A DNA stretch of 63,703 nucleotides, filler included, from Bigelowiella natans CCMP2755 (lineage: Eukaryota; Protista; Cercozoa): assembly GCA_000320545.1 (NCBI GenBank). It is 9 parts of 9 records of this genome, joined end to end, with 100 filler letters (N's around TTAATTAATTAA, not from the genome) between each part and the next. Parts side by side here need not be neighbours in the genome. Positions count along the whole stretch, not along the records: positions 10,856 to 41,009 come from ADNK01000185.1; 8 more parts are not named here. The stretch is one strand, 5' to 3'. This document shows positions 13,251 through 25,873 of this stretch, piece by piece; position 1 is the first letter of the stretch; every line of letters begins with the position of its first letter. The position numbers were made by a program, and so were the translations under genes. Below the pieces are notes generated by a model, which made no database searches, was not told the DNA's origin, and saw only the letters and a program-made list of their open reading frames with translations.

Positions 13251-13352
13251 TCTGTATTTTACGTTATTTCCCGTTCCTTTTCTTGCCTCCGAATGGAGTT
13301 GCCGTGAGGAGACCCGCGCCGTGTATGAGAGCGTGATCCGAAGCGTGTCCAC

Positions 13353-14221
13353 ATGCGATCTTGCCATGCTCGACTCCAGGTTCATGTTCCACAGTTGCAG
13401 GCCCATTGCATCGCCGTGCATCCGAGGACTTTGGCCAGAAGCAGACCTCGCGTCGTCAGCTGCAACAAGCGTGCGTCTAGCTCATCGACGCTTGAGGCTC
13501 TAAAATGCTATCTTCCGGATGGAAGGTGGGAGATGAGGGAGTACGAGATTCGTGAGCCAGTTCCTCTGAGTATTGATGATGGTCGGCGTCCTTGTGACCC
13601 CAAGGAGAAAGAAGCACGCCGGAAGAAGGATGATGACATGAAGAAATGGAGTCATCAGTTAGAACACAATGGCCTCATGCTTGCCCCAGAGTATCAGCCT
13701 CATGGAGTTCGTCCATTATATGAGGGGGTCGCTGTGGAGCTCAATACGCCAGCAGAGGAGATGGCCACGAAGTGCGTGTGACACCATGGAAAACCGGACT
13801 TTTCTGAATCTTTTATGGCCTTCTTTGTGAAGATTTTAAGCAAGCTATTTCCATAACAATGCATCATCATCAAAGAGCAAGCTTCTTCCCTTTCTCCTTT
13901 TTTGCCTCCTTTTTCACACACTGATTCATCGGTGCTGCTTAGATTCGCGGAGATTCTGTTCTCTGAGCAGCAGGGCGCCACCTCCCGGTATTCGGAGAGC
14001 CCTGTCTTTCGGAAGAACATGTTTGAAGACTGGAAAGTCATTCTTGGTATGGAATATATAGTATGGGGGGTAGCAGTAGTATTTGTAAGAGGCGGGGCTG
14101 TTGCTTTGTATGGCGCAGCGTAAAGAGCGACTTGCGTCATCGAAGCTCAGGCTGTTTCCTCTGATGTATTCTGGCCTCAGTTATACGATTGCGTTTTTAA
14201 ATCAGCCTCTTTATCAATAAT

Positions 14222-14282
<61 letters not shown>

Positions 14283-16904
14283 TGTGTGCTTCTACAGGCC
14301 AGGACCATCCAATTGAGTCGCTGGATCTCGTTGATTTCCAACCGCTTGTTGCCCTCCTGGAATCGAGGAAGGCTGAGCGCGATTCACGAACAAAGGAGGA
14401 GAAAAGGGCGCTACGTGAGGAGAAGAAACGAGAAAAGGAGATCTTAAACAGCATCTTTGGCTACGCTCTAGTCGACGGGATGTTGGAAAAGGTCGCTGGG
14501 TACATGGTGGAAGGGCCAGGATGGTTCCGAGGCAGAGGGGACCATAAAATGTCGGGCAGGTGGAAACGCCGACTGTATCCCCGGGATGTTGTCTTGAATA
14601 TATGTGAAGGGGTTCCAGTGCCACGGCCGCCCATGCCATCGTCGATTTCATCGTCGTCGTCTCTGTGGAGGTGGGGAGGGGTGAGCCACAATCACAACGG
14701 AAGCTACATCGCGCGATGGAATGACCCAATAGCAGCTGTGGCTGGGAAGAAGAAGGACAAGTTCATCTTTCTTGATGCTACTAGCAGTGTTAAGGTAAGG
14801 GTGAGGAGGAGGAGGAGAGGAGGAGGGGTGATAGCGCATGATCGTATGATGGAGAGCGATCAAAATTTGTATCACGTCATTTCTATTCAGTGTCTCTGAT
14901 GCACAGTAACCCTTTGGGGTACCATCCAATGCAGAGTGCGAGCGACCAAAACAAATTTGAGACGGCTAGGAAGCTGCGAAACAAGATCAAAAACATCCGA
15001 AAAGACGTGCTGAAGAAGCTGTCGAGCCCTCACCCCGTGAGTGATGATTTGCGATGGCACTGACAGATGATATGATGATTCATGAGGATGCGGGGTATTA
15101 TGACTGCCATGCTAGTCTTTGTCAAAAACGACGCCATCGTATGGTGTTTGCCGTAACGTGAGTCATTGCTCAGCATCACGATTGTTTTGGGAAATATGTT
15201 ACAGCGTGAGAGGCAGATAGGAATATGCGCGTGGCTTATCGATCGACTGGCTCTTTCGTGTCGGAGGAGAGAAAGGGTTTTGCATGCCGTCGTGCTCTTC
15301 GTGTCGATTTCCTTTTTTCTCTTACAAAAGTAGCTGGTAGGCTTAGCACCTTTCAAAAAGGGCTCAGAGTCCGACAGTCAAATTAGAATATCGGCACTGA
15401 AACTCGCAACCCCGTAGTAGCAAGTCCTTGCTGACCATATTCCTTCCGACCCATCCGGTTCTCCCTCAGGATCCCGAAATCAGTGCGGACACTGTCGGTG
15501 TTTGTACGCTACGCGTCGAGCACATGTCCCTAACGACATCGATTAAGGGGGGGGGGGGGGGAGACCGACCCAGCAATAATAGCCTCGCTGCTGCTGCTAC
15601 TGAATTCAACGATTCGGGTGATGCGGGAGGTAGAGAAGAGGGGTACTATTTGGCATTAGATTTTCTTGGTAAAGATGCCATGCAATATACGCGGTCGGTG
15701 GAGGTGCCTAAAAAGGTCTTTGAGAGCCTGCAAAGCTGCTTCATAACGAGTGGGGGTGGTGCTGCTGCCGCTGCTACCGACGATACTGTCAAAGCGCATC
15801 ATAAAGCCCCCAAAGACCAATTCTTTGAGTACGTGACGCCACAGATCTTGAACAAGTACTTCAAAGATCAAATGCCAGGACTCACAGCGAAGGTTGTAGT
15901 GTTTACGTATATTGACACATGCATGCAGGAAAAGAGAGAGAGAGCTGCTTGTATGTATTTGCAGAATGACCCTCAAATTTATTCAATAAACGCAATAAAT
16001 ATTGAATTTTCCCCAGCGTGTCTTTCCCACCCACCTGTTATGTTCGGGTCAAACATTAACATTTTTAGTATCATGAGCATCGTCAGCATCATTAGCATCA
16101 TCGCTACATCGCTACATCGCAGGTGTTTCGAACATACAATGCCTCGGCCCTTCTTCAGGTACATTTGCACCCGTGCAGTCTCACGAGCTTATTCTTCTAC
16201 GCGATTGGTCTTAGATGAATAATCGTCTCGAAACCATCCTACCCATCTTATGTTTTAGGCGGAATTAGCAAGGCCTAGCTCCGAGACAGCTCGCTCAATT
16301 CTGGCACAGTTATCGAAGAAAAAGAGGAAGGGGGGGCAGACTTCAGCTCACGACAACAGCAGCAGTAGCAGCAGTAGCAGCAGCACAGTAGGAATGGAAA
16401 AGAACTCCTCAGGTGCAAAGACCGCATCCTCGTCATCGAACAAAATCGGCGAGAGTAGATCAAAAGGCAGCAAGAAAAATACCAGCAGCACAACCACTAC
16501 CAGTAGCATCGGCAGTCGGGAAGCTGCCGCCGATCGGAAATTACTCCGACAATATTACGACTTTTGCCATAAGGAGGTAGCGGTCCTGTGCAACCATCTG
16601 AGGACGACTCCGAAGAGCTTCGACAAGAGCGTTTCCCGACTGAAGGAGAGGCTCAAATCACAGAAGTGGTGGCTGCAAATGCTGGAGATTGAACGAAACG
16701 AGGCCTTGTGCCACGAGACGACTCCAAGAGCAACTCGCAGGAATCGGAAGAACGAGCCAGCAGTCAAAAAGGCCCGCAGATTGGAAACGATCGATATGGC
16801 CATCCTCAAGCAAAGGAATGCGATATATACCTTGGAACGGCAAATTGACTTCAGGAAGCAAAGCAAAGAGGTAGAAGAGAGGCCAACACATATGCATGTG
16901 CATG

Positions 16905-16957
<53 letters not shown>

Positions 16958-17243
16958 GTGAGATAGAGAGGAGTGAAAAATGAGTGCTTTAACCATTCTC
17001 CTGGTCGTTTTCTTCTTCATTCATGCGGTTGCAACGTATTGCGCTATCTGCTTCCGACGATGATTTTACGTTGATTGTTGTCGCTAGATTGCACTGGGGA
17101 CTTCGCGGACCAATTACATAGATCCACGAATAACCGTTGCTTGGTGCAAACGGAATGATGTTCCTGTCGAACGCAGTTTTCCAAAGGCATTGCTGAGACG
17201 ATTCGAATGGGCACTAGACACAAAGTCAAGCTTCAAATGGTAA
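13353..17243 (+). CDS. TOP1: DNA topoisomerase IB (divergent), 8 exons; start codon uncertain; local lesion at the first catalytic Arg
   Basis: Motifs KW..LEHNG...[66 protein letters not shown]|[15 protein letters not shown] and [21 protein letters not shown] (catalytic Tyr) are present. Introns are GT-AG. Stop TAA at 17241-17243. Confidence 0.93.
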
Positions 17244-17379
17244 TTTTGTGCGCAGTTGAGTAGTGACTTGGGATATCAGCAGTATCATATTCGTGATGAA
17301 GTCGTCTACCCTGTACGAGAGCTTAGTAAGGCTGTTGGACTTTAAACTTATACTGTCTGCTGATGTTCTGCCGCGATGC

Positions 17380-17830
17380 GGTTTTGTACCCCAGCTAGCC
17401 AGTTACACCAGCCACCGTCGTTAGCGTACATGCTCACGGCTAGACGGCCATGGAGCAGAGCGGCGGAAGTCACGACATCTAGACATGGTGCAGCTTAGAT
17501 GTGCCGTTGCTTTAACAATTTTGCTTGTATACAGCGCTCTTAAGTCATAATGAATAGTTGTGCTTGATCCGCACGATATACTAGTATAGCGTGCCGCACA
17601 GATAAGCATCCCATTGCATAACACTAGAGCATGCGCGCGCAGGGAATGTCAGTCCAGCTAGCCAGGTCATTTTATTTTTTGCATCTAGACATATTGGTTG
17701 TTTGAGAACGAACTAGCGAAGCAAGTTAGCATGTGATGGAACAGCTGTTCGTTGCGTCCCATGCCGCTGATAACAATAGGTGCATTGCTGCACCATTCTA
17801 GCATTGTCCAGCTAGCTAGATTACATTGAC
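17380..17830. other. CTAG-rich island between the convergent TOP1 and RNase H1 3' ends
   Basis: About 11 CTAG in about 450 bp, with only partial loss of other TA contexts. Confidence 0.6.
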
Positions 17831-18055
17831 CACATTTATACATTTGTAGCGCGTGCAGCAAAAGCAGTGCGTTTGCAAGCACGAAAGTTGCGTTAATGTC
17901 CCACCAAATATTAGGATGGGCGGTTTTTCCATGCATTGGAGCAATTCAATTTTTTCCTTCAATTTAGATATACTAAAATCAGCATCATCGCTCAGTGGCT
18001 CGAATAGCAACAGTGCGCGCTGGCTTACAATCAGACATTGGATGGGGTTTCATCG

Positions 18056-19397
18056 CTATGGATCGCGAGGTTTCCGAATTCCTAATTTTGTTTGGGGATA
18101 GATAAAAACGACGTTAGAAACGTTGTGCTGCTGCTGCGGACAAACCATCGATCATCATTTTATCGATCATCATTGTGCATATGCCTACAAACGTGAGAGC
18201 CTCTGATGGAACGCGCATCAATATCATCAACACACCTGCTACAGCCAATCGATCTGCGGCCTCATTTCCAGGCTCCCCTGCATGGCCTTTGACCCACTGG
18301 AGGTGCACGTCACTCCGCTCTGAAAATAGATAGAATGGAAACTCTTTTTTAGCCGAAAGAGAGCGGATTTTCTCTTCGTCTAGAATTTTGGTGATGAAGA
18401 GAATTCAATCACGGCATACGCCTCCAACCTCTCGCAGAGGTCATCTGCTCGTCTAGTCGTCTCCATAGATCCTCATTCTGATGTAAATGAATGCTGATAC
18501 TTCTACGCTTGCTTTTGTTTCTGCTGCGTTCTTTCGCGAAAGGGCAGGACATCCAAGTAAAGAGAAGAATGTGAGAAATAAAAAAACCTTCACTGCGTTC
18601 TTGCTCGCTGTTCTCCAACCGTTTGTTTTCCAGCTAATAAAGAATTCTTTCTTAGTGATTTCTACGAGACAGGTTCTATCCGCTACGCTGCGTAGCAGCT
18701 TATCACCGTGGCAGCCATTCCTTGTGGCCTTTCACGGTGTAGTTGCTGTCGCTCTTGATTACAACCGTTTTTGGAGGCTCTGGTGAATTAAAACGTCAAA
18801 AACCATAGACACAAAAACAATAATTTATTTCGAGCAACAGCAACGAATGGCTTATTCGTCGCAGAGGCTGCGATATTTTTCTATTCCGTTAAATAACCTT
18901 TCTCCTCGGCTAACACCTCGAGCGCTCGAATCACCGCTAGCATCTCCGCCCTTTTCACAAATATAAATACATATTGTATCTATGCTCAGGATTCATCGTC
19001 ATTACGGCACAGCTGATCCAGATTTTAAATTTGTATGTTGACCATGTGGGAAACCACTCTAACGATTATCAGCATGTCTTTCGAATGAATATCTTAACCT
19101 TTGATTGGTTTGTAGGCGGCCAGGCAGAGCTTCCGATATATTCCTTGAGTCAGACAGGCCGAAATATACACCCAAACCGGCCAGAGCGCTTCCCTGTCAA
19201 GGTGTAATTTTTAGCTGTTTCTTCAAAGTATTATATAAGAGTAGTGGAGAAGAGATACCGTGCCATTTCCTTCACAAGCTCCATCAGTGTAGATGATCAG
19301 GCCTGGATTTGAGAGTGGGGTTTGAGATGGATGAGAGGGTGTTCGAAATGGGGACATCATACCATCCTTTGGAGTTGTTGTTGCTGCTGCTGATAAC

Positions 19398-19428
<31 letters not shown>

Positions 19429-19913
19429 TGCTAAAGTGTTTCTTCTGTGACACAGCTTTAGTGGCACAGTTCCGCACTGAGATTTGGCTAGCCTTTTTTA
19501 TGAGACGAGATTTCAAGTTGAACCCTGACACTTTTGTACTGAAGACAGGCAGTCAAAAAGGAAAAGTCGTCAAAATTTACTGATCATCCACTCTTTAATT
19601 GCTACCTCATCTTCTTGTATCCTTCTCCGAATGCAAAGGCCTCTGCCTCTGCCCTGGATCGAAATTTTTTATAACGTGCACCAGGTACGCCTATCACGAG
19701 GGCCTAGAAAACAACTATGAATATGGTGGTTGTCTTTCGGACTTTAGAGGAAAGTACCTGACACGCGGGCCAGCTCGGAACGATGCCTTTGAATCCGCTC
19801 TTCCCTTTTTGTCATTCATTAAAGAGTCATATTTCAGCAAGGATATGACTGTAAGTTTTCAAATCATATTTCCATGATGGCTAACCCCTTGCGATGGCGT
19901 AGTGAAAAGACAT
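18056..19913 (-). CDS. RNASEH1: Ribonuclease H1 with N-terminal hybrid-binding (Caulimovirus VI-like) domain; possible 5' extension to 20329
   Basis: Spliced HBD: MSFHYAIARG|KSGFKGIVPSWPACQ|ALVIGVPGARYKKFRSRAEAEAF. Catalytic motifs: IIYTDGACEGNG, AGLGVYFG...RNISEALPG.LQTNQR|AEMLAVIRAL, IKSDSNY, NEDLWRRLD and WVKGHAGEPGNEAADRLA. Last exon GIRKPRDP* ends at 18056. Confidence 0.92.
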
Positions 19914-20565
19914 TCCTCCTTGTTTATGAGGGACAGGCAAGAAGCCCTTCCTTGGTTCGATTTGGGTTCCGTTGCTTTTTTCACGGAATCCATGCCAATC
20001 CCGGTGTATTCGAGCAAAACCCCGCTAATACCAGGCGGTTAATGCTCCTGTAATTCTCTGTAAATCTCTGTGAAGTCTCTGGAACCAGTTTTTGTTGTCG
20101 CAGAGCAGAAACCCAATGTTTCAGGAACCAGCCTCAAAACCCGCCACACCCGACTCGTGCCAGGGATTTTCTTCACAATCCGAAATGGGGGTTGGATCAA
20201 GTTTGAAGGAAGATGACGTAAGGCAATTTGCAGATGGTGGTATTTTGGGGATTTTTTCCTGAGATGTCTGAATGCTGACCAGCAGCAGTCATAGAGAGAG
20301 AGAGAGACAAACATTGGAAACCTCTCCATTCAACAGGCGATCTTATTCATTGAACTCTCACATCGTTTCCTCTCATGAAAATCCGGAATGTAATCCTTTG
20401 ATATGAACTTTATATCTCTTGCTGTTGAAACACCCTTGTTCGTGAGCCGATTCGAAAACCATCCTGCAGTTCTCAGAGAGTTGAAATGGTTTTTGGCTCG
20501 GTCATGCATGAAAGTGGAAAGATAAATACCTCTCTCCTTTGGAACATAAATAGTCCTCGGACATA

Positions 20566-20950
20566 ATGAATTGGGTTAAGCTTGGGAAGGTGGATAAGGT
20601 CAAGAAGGCAATTGAGAGTGGCACCTGCTCCGTGTACACGACCGACGGGTTCGGGTACACAATGCTAATGTGTGCGTCTCGATATGGCCATCTGGAGATT
20701 GTCAAGTTTCTGTTATCCAAGGGTGCAAACATGGTCAACGGAACCGACTACCACGGGTGGACAGCGCTCACAATGGCGGCGATGCAGGGCAATGTCGCCA
20801 TCGTAAAGTATATCGTCGAGAACACAGATGCGGAGGTGGGTGTCGCGACGAATTCTTTTAAAGACTAACGCCTCTATTTGCTTGTAAATTTCTTCCACAA
20901 TGTTTGGTAAACCTTTAATACAATAAAAACTTGTGTACACGCACACACAC

Positions 20951-21016
<66 letters not shown>

Positions 21017-21808
21017 ACACACACACACGCACAAATTCATATCGCAGATTTACTCCCGGGACTTAAAAGGGCGCACAGCCTTTATGTATGCAGCGATGAC
21101 AGGCCGCTTGGATGTGGTAGAGTATTTCGTGAAGCATGGCTACAAGGAGAAAAGCTCGATGAATATGAAGTTAAAGTTGAGGCTGCAGGAAGAAGACACC
21201 ACCGGAAGGACGGCCTTAGACTACGCTGCCCTCGGCAAGCACACGAAGGTAAAGGAATATCTCCAGCAGCAGATTCATAGTGCTACCGATAGCCCGACTA
21301 CCTGCAAGACAGAGATGACTCTAAACAAAGACGTGGTGAAGAGAATAAATTTTGAGGAAAATTATGAGCTCAAGGACGACAAGGAGGAGGCAGAATTGAA
21401 TGCAAAGGTATCAAGTGCCGACATCATCACATCTCTACTACCTGTGCATCATTTCTACACATCTGCATCGGATACGAATAAGTGGACGAAATGCTCCTCT
21501 TTTTGGTTTCGATTTGTAGACACGTCGATGTACACACATGCACCATATACAATCAACGATGGACACCTGTTTGTACATGCCATGATGTTCATTGTAAGCC
21601 TGCGTATCGTATCGTAAAGAAATTTTCTTCGATCGATCTATCTACGCAACATTTCCTCCAACATCAGAAATCGTTAATTGAGAGCGATACGCTACTGAGC
21701 CCGGTGAGGGTTGTGGGATCAAGGCCAGTATCATCCTCTGTGGCGGTATTAGCTTTGCAGAAAGCGACAATGGCAACGGAAGAAGAAGAGGGAAAATCTA
21801 AACTATGA
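20566..21808 (+). CDS. Ankyrin-repeat protein, about 3 exons
   Basis: Repeats GYTMLMCASRYGHLEIVKFLLSKGA, GWTALTMAAMQGNVAIVKYIV, GRTAFMYAAMTGRLDVVEYFV and GRTALDYAALGKHTKVKEYL. Confidence 0.88.
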
Positions 21809-21979
21809 TCGGATGCGCATGCACACACGCGGCGGTATACATCTTTTCATGAGGTGCAAATAATGGAATTTTCGAGATTGGCGGCTCGCTATGATGACAA
21901 TAATGATGTTGATCTGTGGCTTGTAGTGGTCCGTTCACCTATGGCTGCTGGACTAATCATAGACACAGCAATAAACACA

Positions 21980-22410
21980 CACAATGCATCACGTTTGTCT
22001 GTCATGCTAGCATCGCACAGTCGCTACGCGTGTGTGCATCACAGCGTAGCACGCAGCACAGCATTTGAAGCGTTCATTCGTCAGTGTACACATGCATAGA
22101 ATGATTAGAACACGTGCACAAATGATGTAGATAGCATGGATCTGTGGCAACGGCACATCGTGCGTACGATGCACTAGTACGCACAGCGTAGATGGGCATA
22201 GCAGCGTGACAACGATTGTGCACACCGTCGCCCGATCATGCATGCATGCAATCACGCATCGCATGCTGTGGTCGACTCTCGATTCTGCATGTGCGTTGCT
22301 ACATGATTTACACCAATGAGTAGCTAGAGAGTAGACATCCACATGTATTCTAGCAGCATGTACGTTGTGTGTGCACTCAGTCAGTGTCGCATGTCGTGTC
22401 TGAATTGTTG
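21980..22410. other. Partially TpA-depleted island between the convergent ankyrin and RPS15A 3' ends
   Basis: Residual TA is mostly TAG/CTA or GTAC. Mixed TG/CA/CG alternating tracts such as CATGCATGCATGCA occur. Confidence 0.65.
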
Positions 22411-23053
22411 TTTAGCTACATAATAACAGCGCTGAGGCCGCTCGCTATATACATCGTATCTAAATACATTGCAAGCTACAAATCTTATTCTCAGAATGTT
22501 GCATGTCCGACGCAGATCGAAGACCGCATAACATACAATGCTTTTATACAAGATAGATGAAGGTAGGCAAAAATTAAGATAATGTGCAGCAATTGCGCTA
22601 GTTATGCGTATATTTATCAGCAAGGCTATGAAGCAACAGAATACAGAAAGTAAATATACGACAAGGGGGGAGAGAGGGAGAGTTTAAAGAGTATGTGGGT
22701 GAGTGAAAAGTTCGAATATGCTCGATAGATAACAGAAGCAAAGCAATACATTTAGCAGAAAGATGGATGAATATTTCAATTGATAACGGGTACATTGTCA
22801 CATGCTGCCCGGCCATACAGCTAGGCAGCATGCATAAGCAGCAGCCGCAGCAGAGGGCATAACTTTCCGCCTGCAGCGTAATAACTGCTACAATGCGTCT
22901 TCATTCTATCGCCGAATGCGTCCAGACTTCCTAATATCTACCGGACGCTGCTCAAAACGTCCCGTCGCCCATTGTCATCATTACCCGAGTTAGAAGGCTT
23001 GGTTGAGGAGGATTGGGGAGAAGGAGAGAAATGGTATTGTGGCGGTATTCTAT

Positions 23054-23836
23054 CTAGTAGAAGAATCCTAGGATTTTTCCTCCGGTGTGTTTTCGACGAG
23101 CCTCCTCGTGATCCATGATGCCCAAAGACGTTGTCAAGACGACGAAACCGAAGTTACGCGATGGCAGAAGGTTCACAATCCATTTTTCTATTTCGGAGAG
23201 CTTCACATCGAAGCGGGGGGAAATAACTCCACACTTGTTCAGGCGGCCCATCAAGCTAACAACGATTTTGCCAGCCCTTCGGTCATCAATGATCTCGAAT
23301 TCGCCGATGTATTCTACAGGAAGAGGGTAGGTTAGGTGACAATTAGTGAGGGGAATACAGGTGAGAGAGGTCTTTCACACTCTTGCTCATTCTTCCTTCA
23401 CTTAACTCCCACTTCTATTGATGTTGGTCATCTTCTCTCGTTGAAGTTTCGACCACCATAGATTTACACCATTACGATCTCTGTACATTTCCCTCTCACT
23501 CTCTATCTCTGATTATTTCTTCATGCGTGCACGCTGGATAAATATACATTTCTCTTTCAGGATGCTGATAGAAAATGATTTATACCACTGCATCAATAAT
23601 TTTCCATCATTGATGCTGCATGCTATCTGCACGTTTGCACATTCTTCCCCCATAAAGATGCATGAAAGCTAAATGAATAGGCGTGATAGGAAGTGACACT
23701 TACTGTGTTTTTGCATAACTTGAAGGAACTTAACGATGACTTTGGACGCAGGGCGGATCAGCACCTGGCGCTTTCCAGCCTTCTCTGCATGGGTGATGTT
23801 CTTGAGACAGTTGTTGAGGACGCTAATAAGCACCAT
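23054..23836 (-). CDS. RPS15A: 40S ribosomal protein uS8 (S15a/S22); exons 23836-23704 and 23313-23054
   Basis: [44 protein letters not shown]|[35 protein letters not shown]...GKILGFFY*, with a 390-nt GT-AG intron. Confidence 0.98.
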
Positions 23837-24921
23837 TGTGTGTGTATCTGCCTAAAGGGTGGGGAATGAGACAAGCCGTGGCGCTAAGTTGGACCGGAGA
23901 ATTACTTGGAAATCGCCGATCCTGGGAGACAAATCTCTATATTTTGGAATACGACATGCATTTAAACGAGTCGCTAATCATAAAAGAACATAATTCTGCA
24001 TAATAAATCATTTTCTGGGATGCTTCTCTATTCGAACTTCCCACTTCAGATGTTCTTTAGAATTGCAAACCGCATTTCATGGAGAAAAGCGAGAAACCAG
24101 GTGGTTATTTTCATAATCTGCGAATGAACGAACCTTCTCCCCCAAAATGGTATGTAGGCCGTTACAATGACAACTAATGCATGCAGAGGTAAAATTATAT
24201 GAACGACATAATGACATTCAAGACGTAGTTGTAGAATCTCCCAAATAATCGAATCAGGTAGCATTTCAGCCTTACCTGAGAATTATATTGTCACAAAGGC
24301 CTTTATTATATACAAAGACAACAATATTTTGTTGTCGTAAGATAATATAAAGGATATATATTAAAAACACTGTTACCATTTCCTGTCCTCAGCGTCTGAA
24401 AGTGAACAATTCGCGCTGAGAGAGGTTGGGGGGGAACGGAATAACTACATCAAAAAGTTACAAGAATTCGGTGTGGTTTTAGCTCTCGTGAAAATTATAG
24501 TATGTCTGCACAAGATGCACTGGAAAGTAGTCGTTAGCTACCTCTGAGCCTTATTGATCTCGAATGAGTTATCGGAGATTTAGGGAATGAATCAAGAGCT
24601 TATTCTTTATTTACGATTATTGATATGCAAATGTTTATGTGTACGTGTGTGTATGTATGTGTGTGTGTGTGTGTGTGTGTGTTTTTTTTTTTACATATGT
24701 TGAGCGGATCCTTTCCCGACATTCTGCTTTCGTTGACTAGCTAAAATAATGTGCATGTTATGTCTGGCTGTCTGTGCTGCTTGCTCCTCAAGCCAGGCGA
24801 AAACCAATCCAGAGGAGAAAAGGGGCTCCCCCTCTCATTTCTGCGAAAACACAGAACACTTTCCTATCGAAAGGCGTGTGCTTGAGGAGAGAGCGCTGGA
24901 TTCGAAAAGAGAGCCGGAAAG

Positions 24922-25067
24922 ATGTGGAAGACGAGCGCAGCATCGCTGATGCCGTCCGTCTCCTCCTTTCTGCTCCCCCTCTTGGTCCTTCTTTCCCATG
25001 CACCACGGGCATATGGTTGGGATGAGCTTAATACCAATATGAACCGCTCCGACTATAAGTAAGTGTA

Positions 25068-25134
<67 letters not shown>

Positions 25135-25735
25135 AAATATTTATATCTGTGAATATAGTTAAAGTGAATACACAAATATATCGCTATCCTCAAATGCGCC
25201 TCTTACACCTTCCGAACTATTAATACTGTAATTCATTTTACCCTAATTTGCCTCGCCTCCCTCCTTTCCCTGTCTCCTCCAGGTGGTATCCCCCTCGACT
25301 AAGCGGCCACAGCTCTGCAGTATGGAGAGACCGCTGGATTATTCTCTTTGGCGGTCAATTTGAAATAACTCATCGCGTGATGGATATGCTACCGATAGAG
25401 AAGCCAAAGCTGCGCGACACCGGAATCAACTGCACAACGCTGAATAACTGCACGGGGTACTTCTGAGAGGTGTTCGCGCATGCATGCGAATTGTGAATGA
25501 ACAAAGGGTTTGTGTGTCGGTATTGCAAACTTGTTGGCTACTTTGTACTTACATAGTCTCTCTCTCTGCGTGTGTGTGTGTGTGTGTGTGTTTTGTGCAA
25601 CTGATAGATACGGATATTGCCGGGGCAATAATTCCTTTCCGCATTGCGAGTGTGTTGACGGGTAGTGCTGAAACAACAGAGAGAAAGATTTGATAAGATC
25701 AGGGAACATAAGGGAAGATGGAGAGACAGGGACAC

Positions 25736-25773
<38 letters not shown>

Positions 25774-25836
25774 ATACTCTCCATATAATACGTTCTAGGG
25801 AAAATCATTCATATATTTAACTAAATGTCCGAGAAA

Positions 25837-25873
<37 letters not shown>

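Noticed and set aside
18056-19913. RNase H as part of a retrotransposon
   Set aside because: It has a hybrid-binding domain and many introns, with no RT, integrase or LTRs nearby, so it is the cellular RNase H1.
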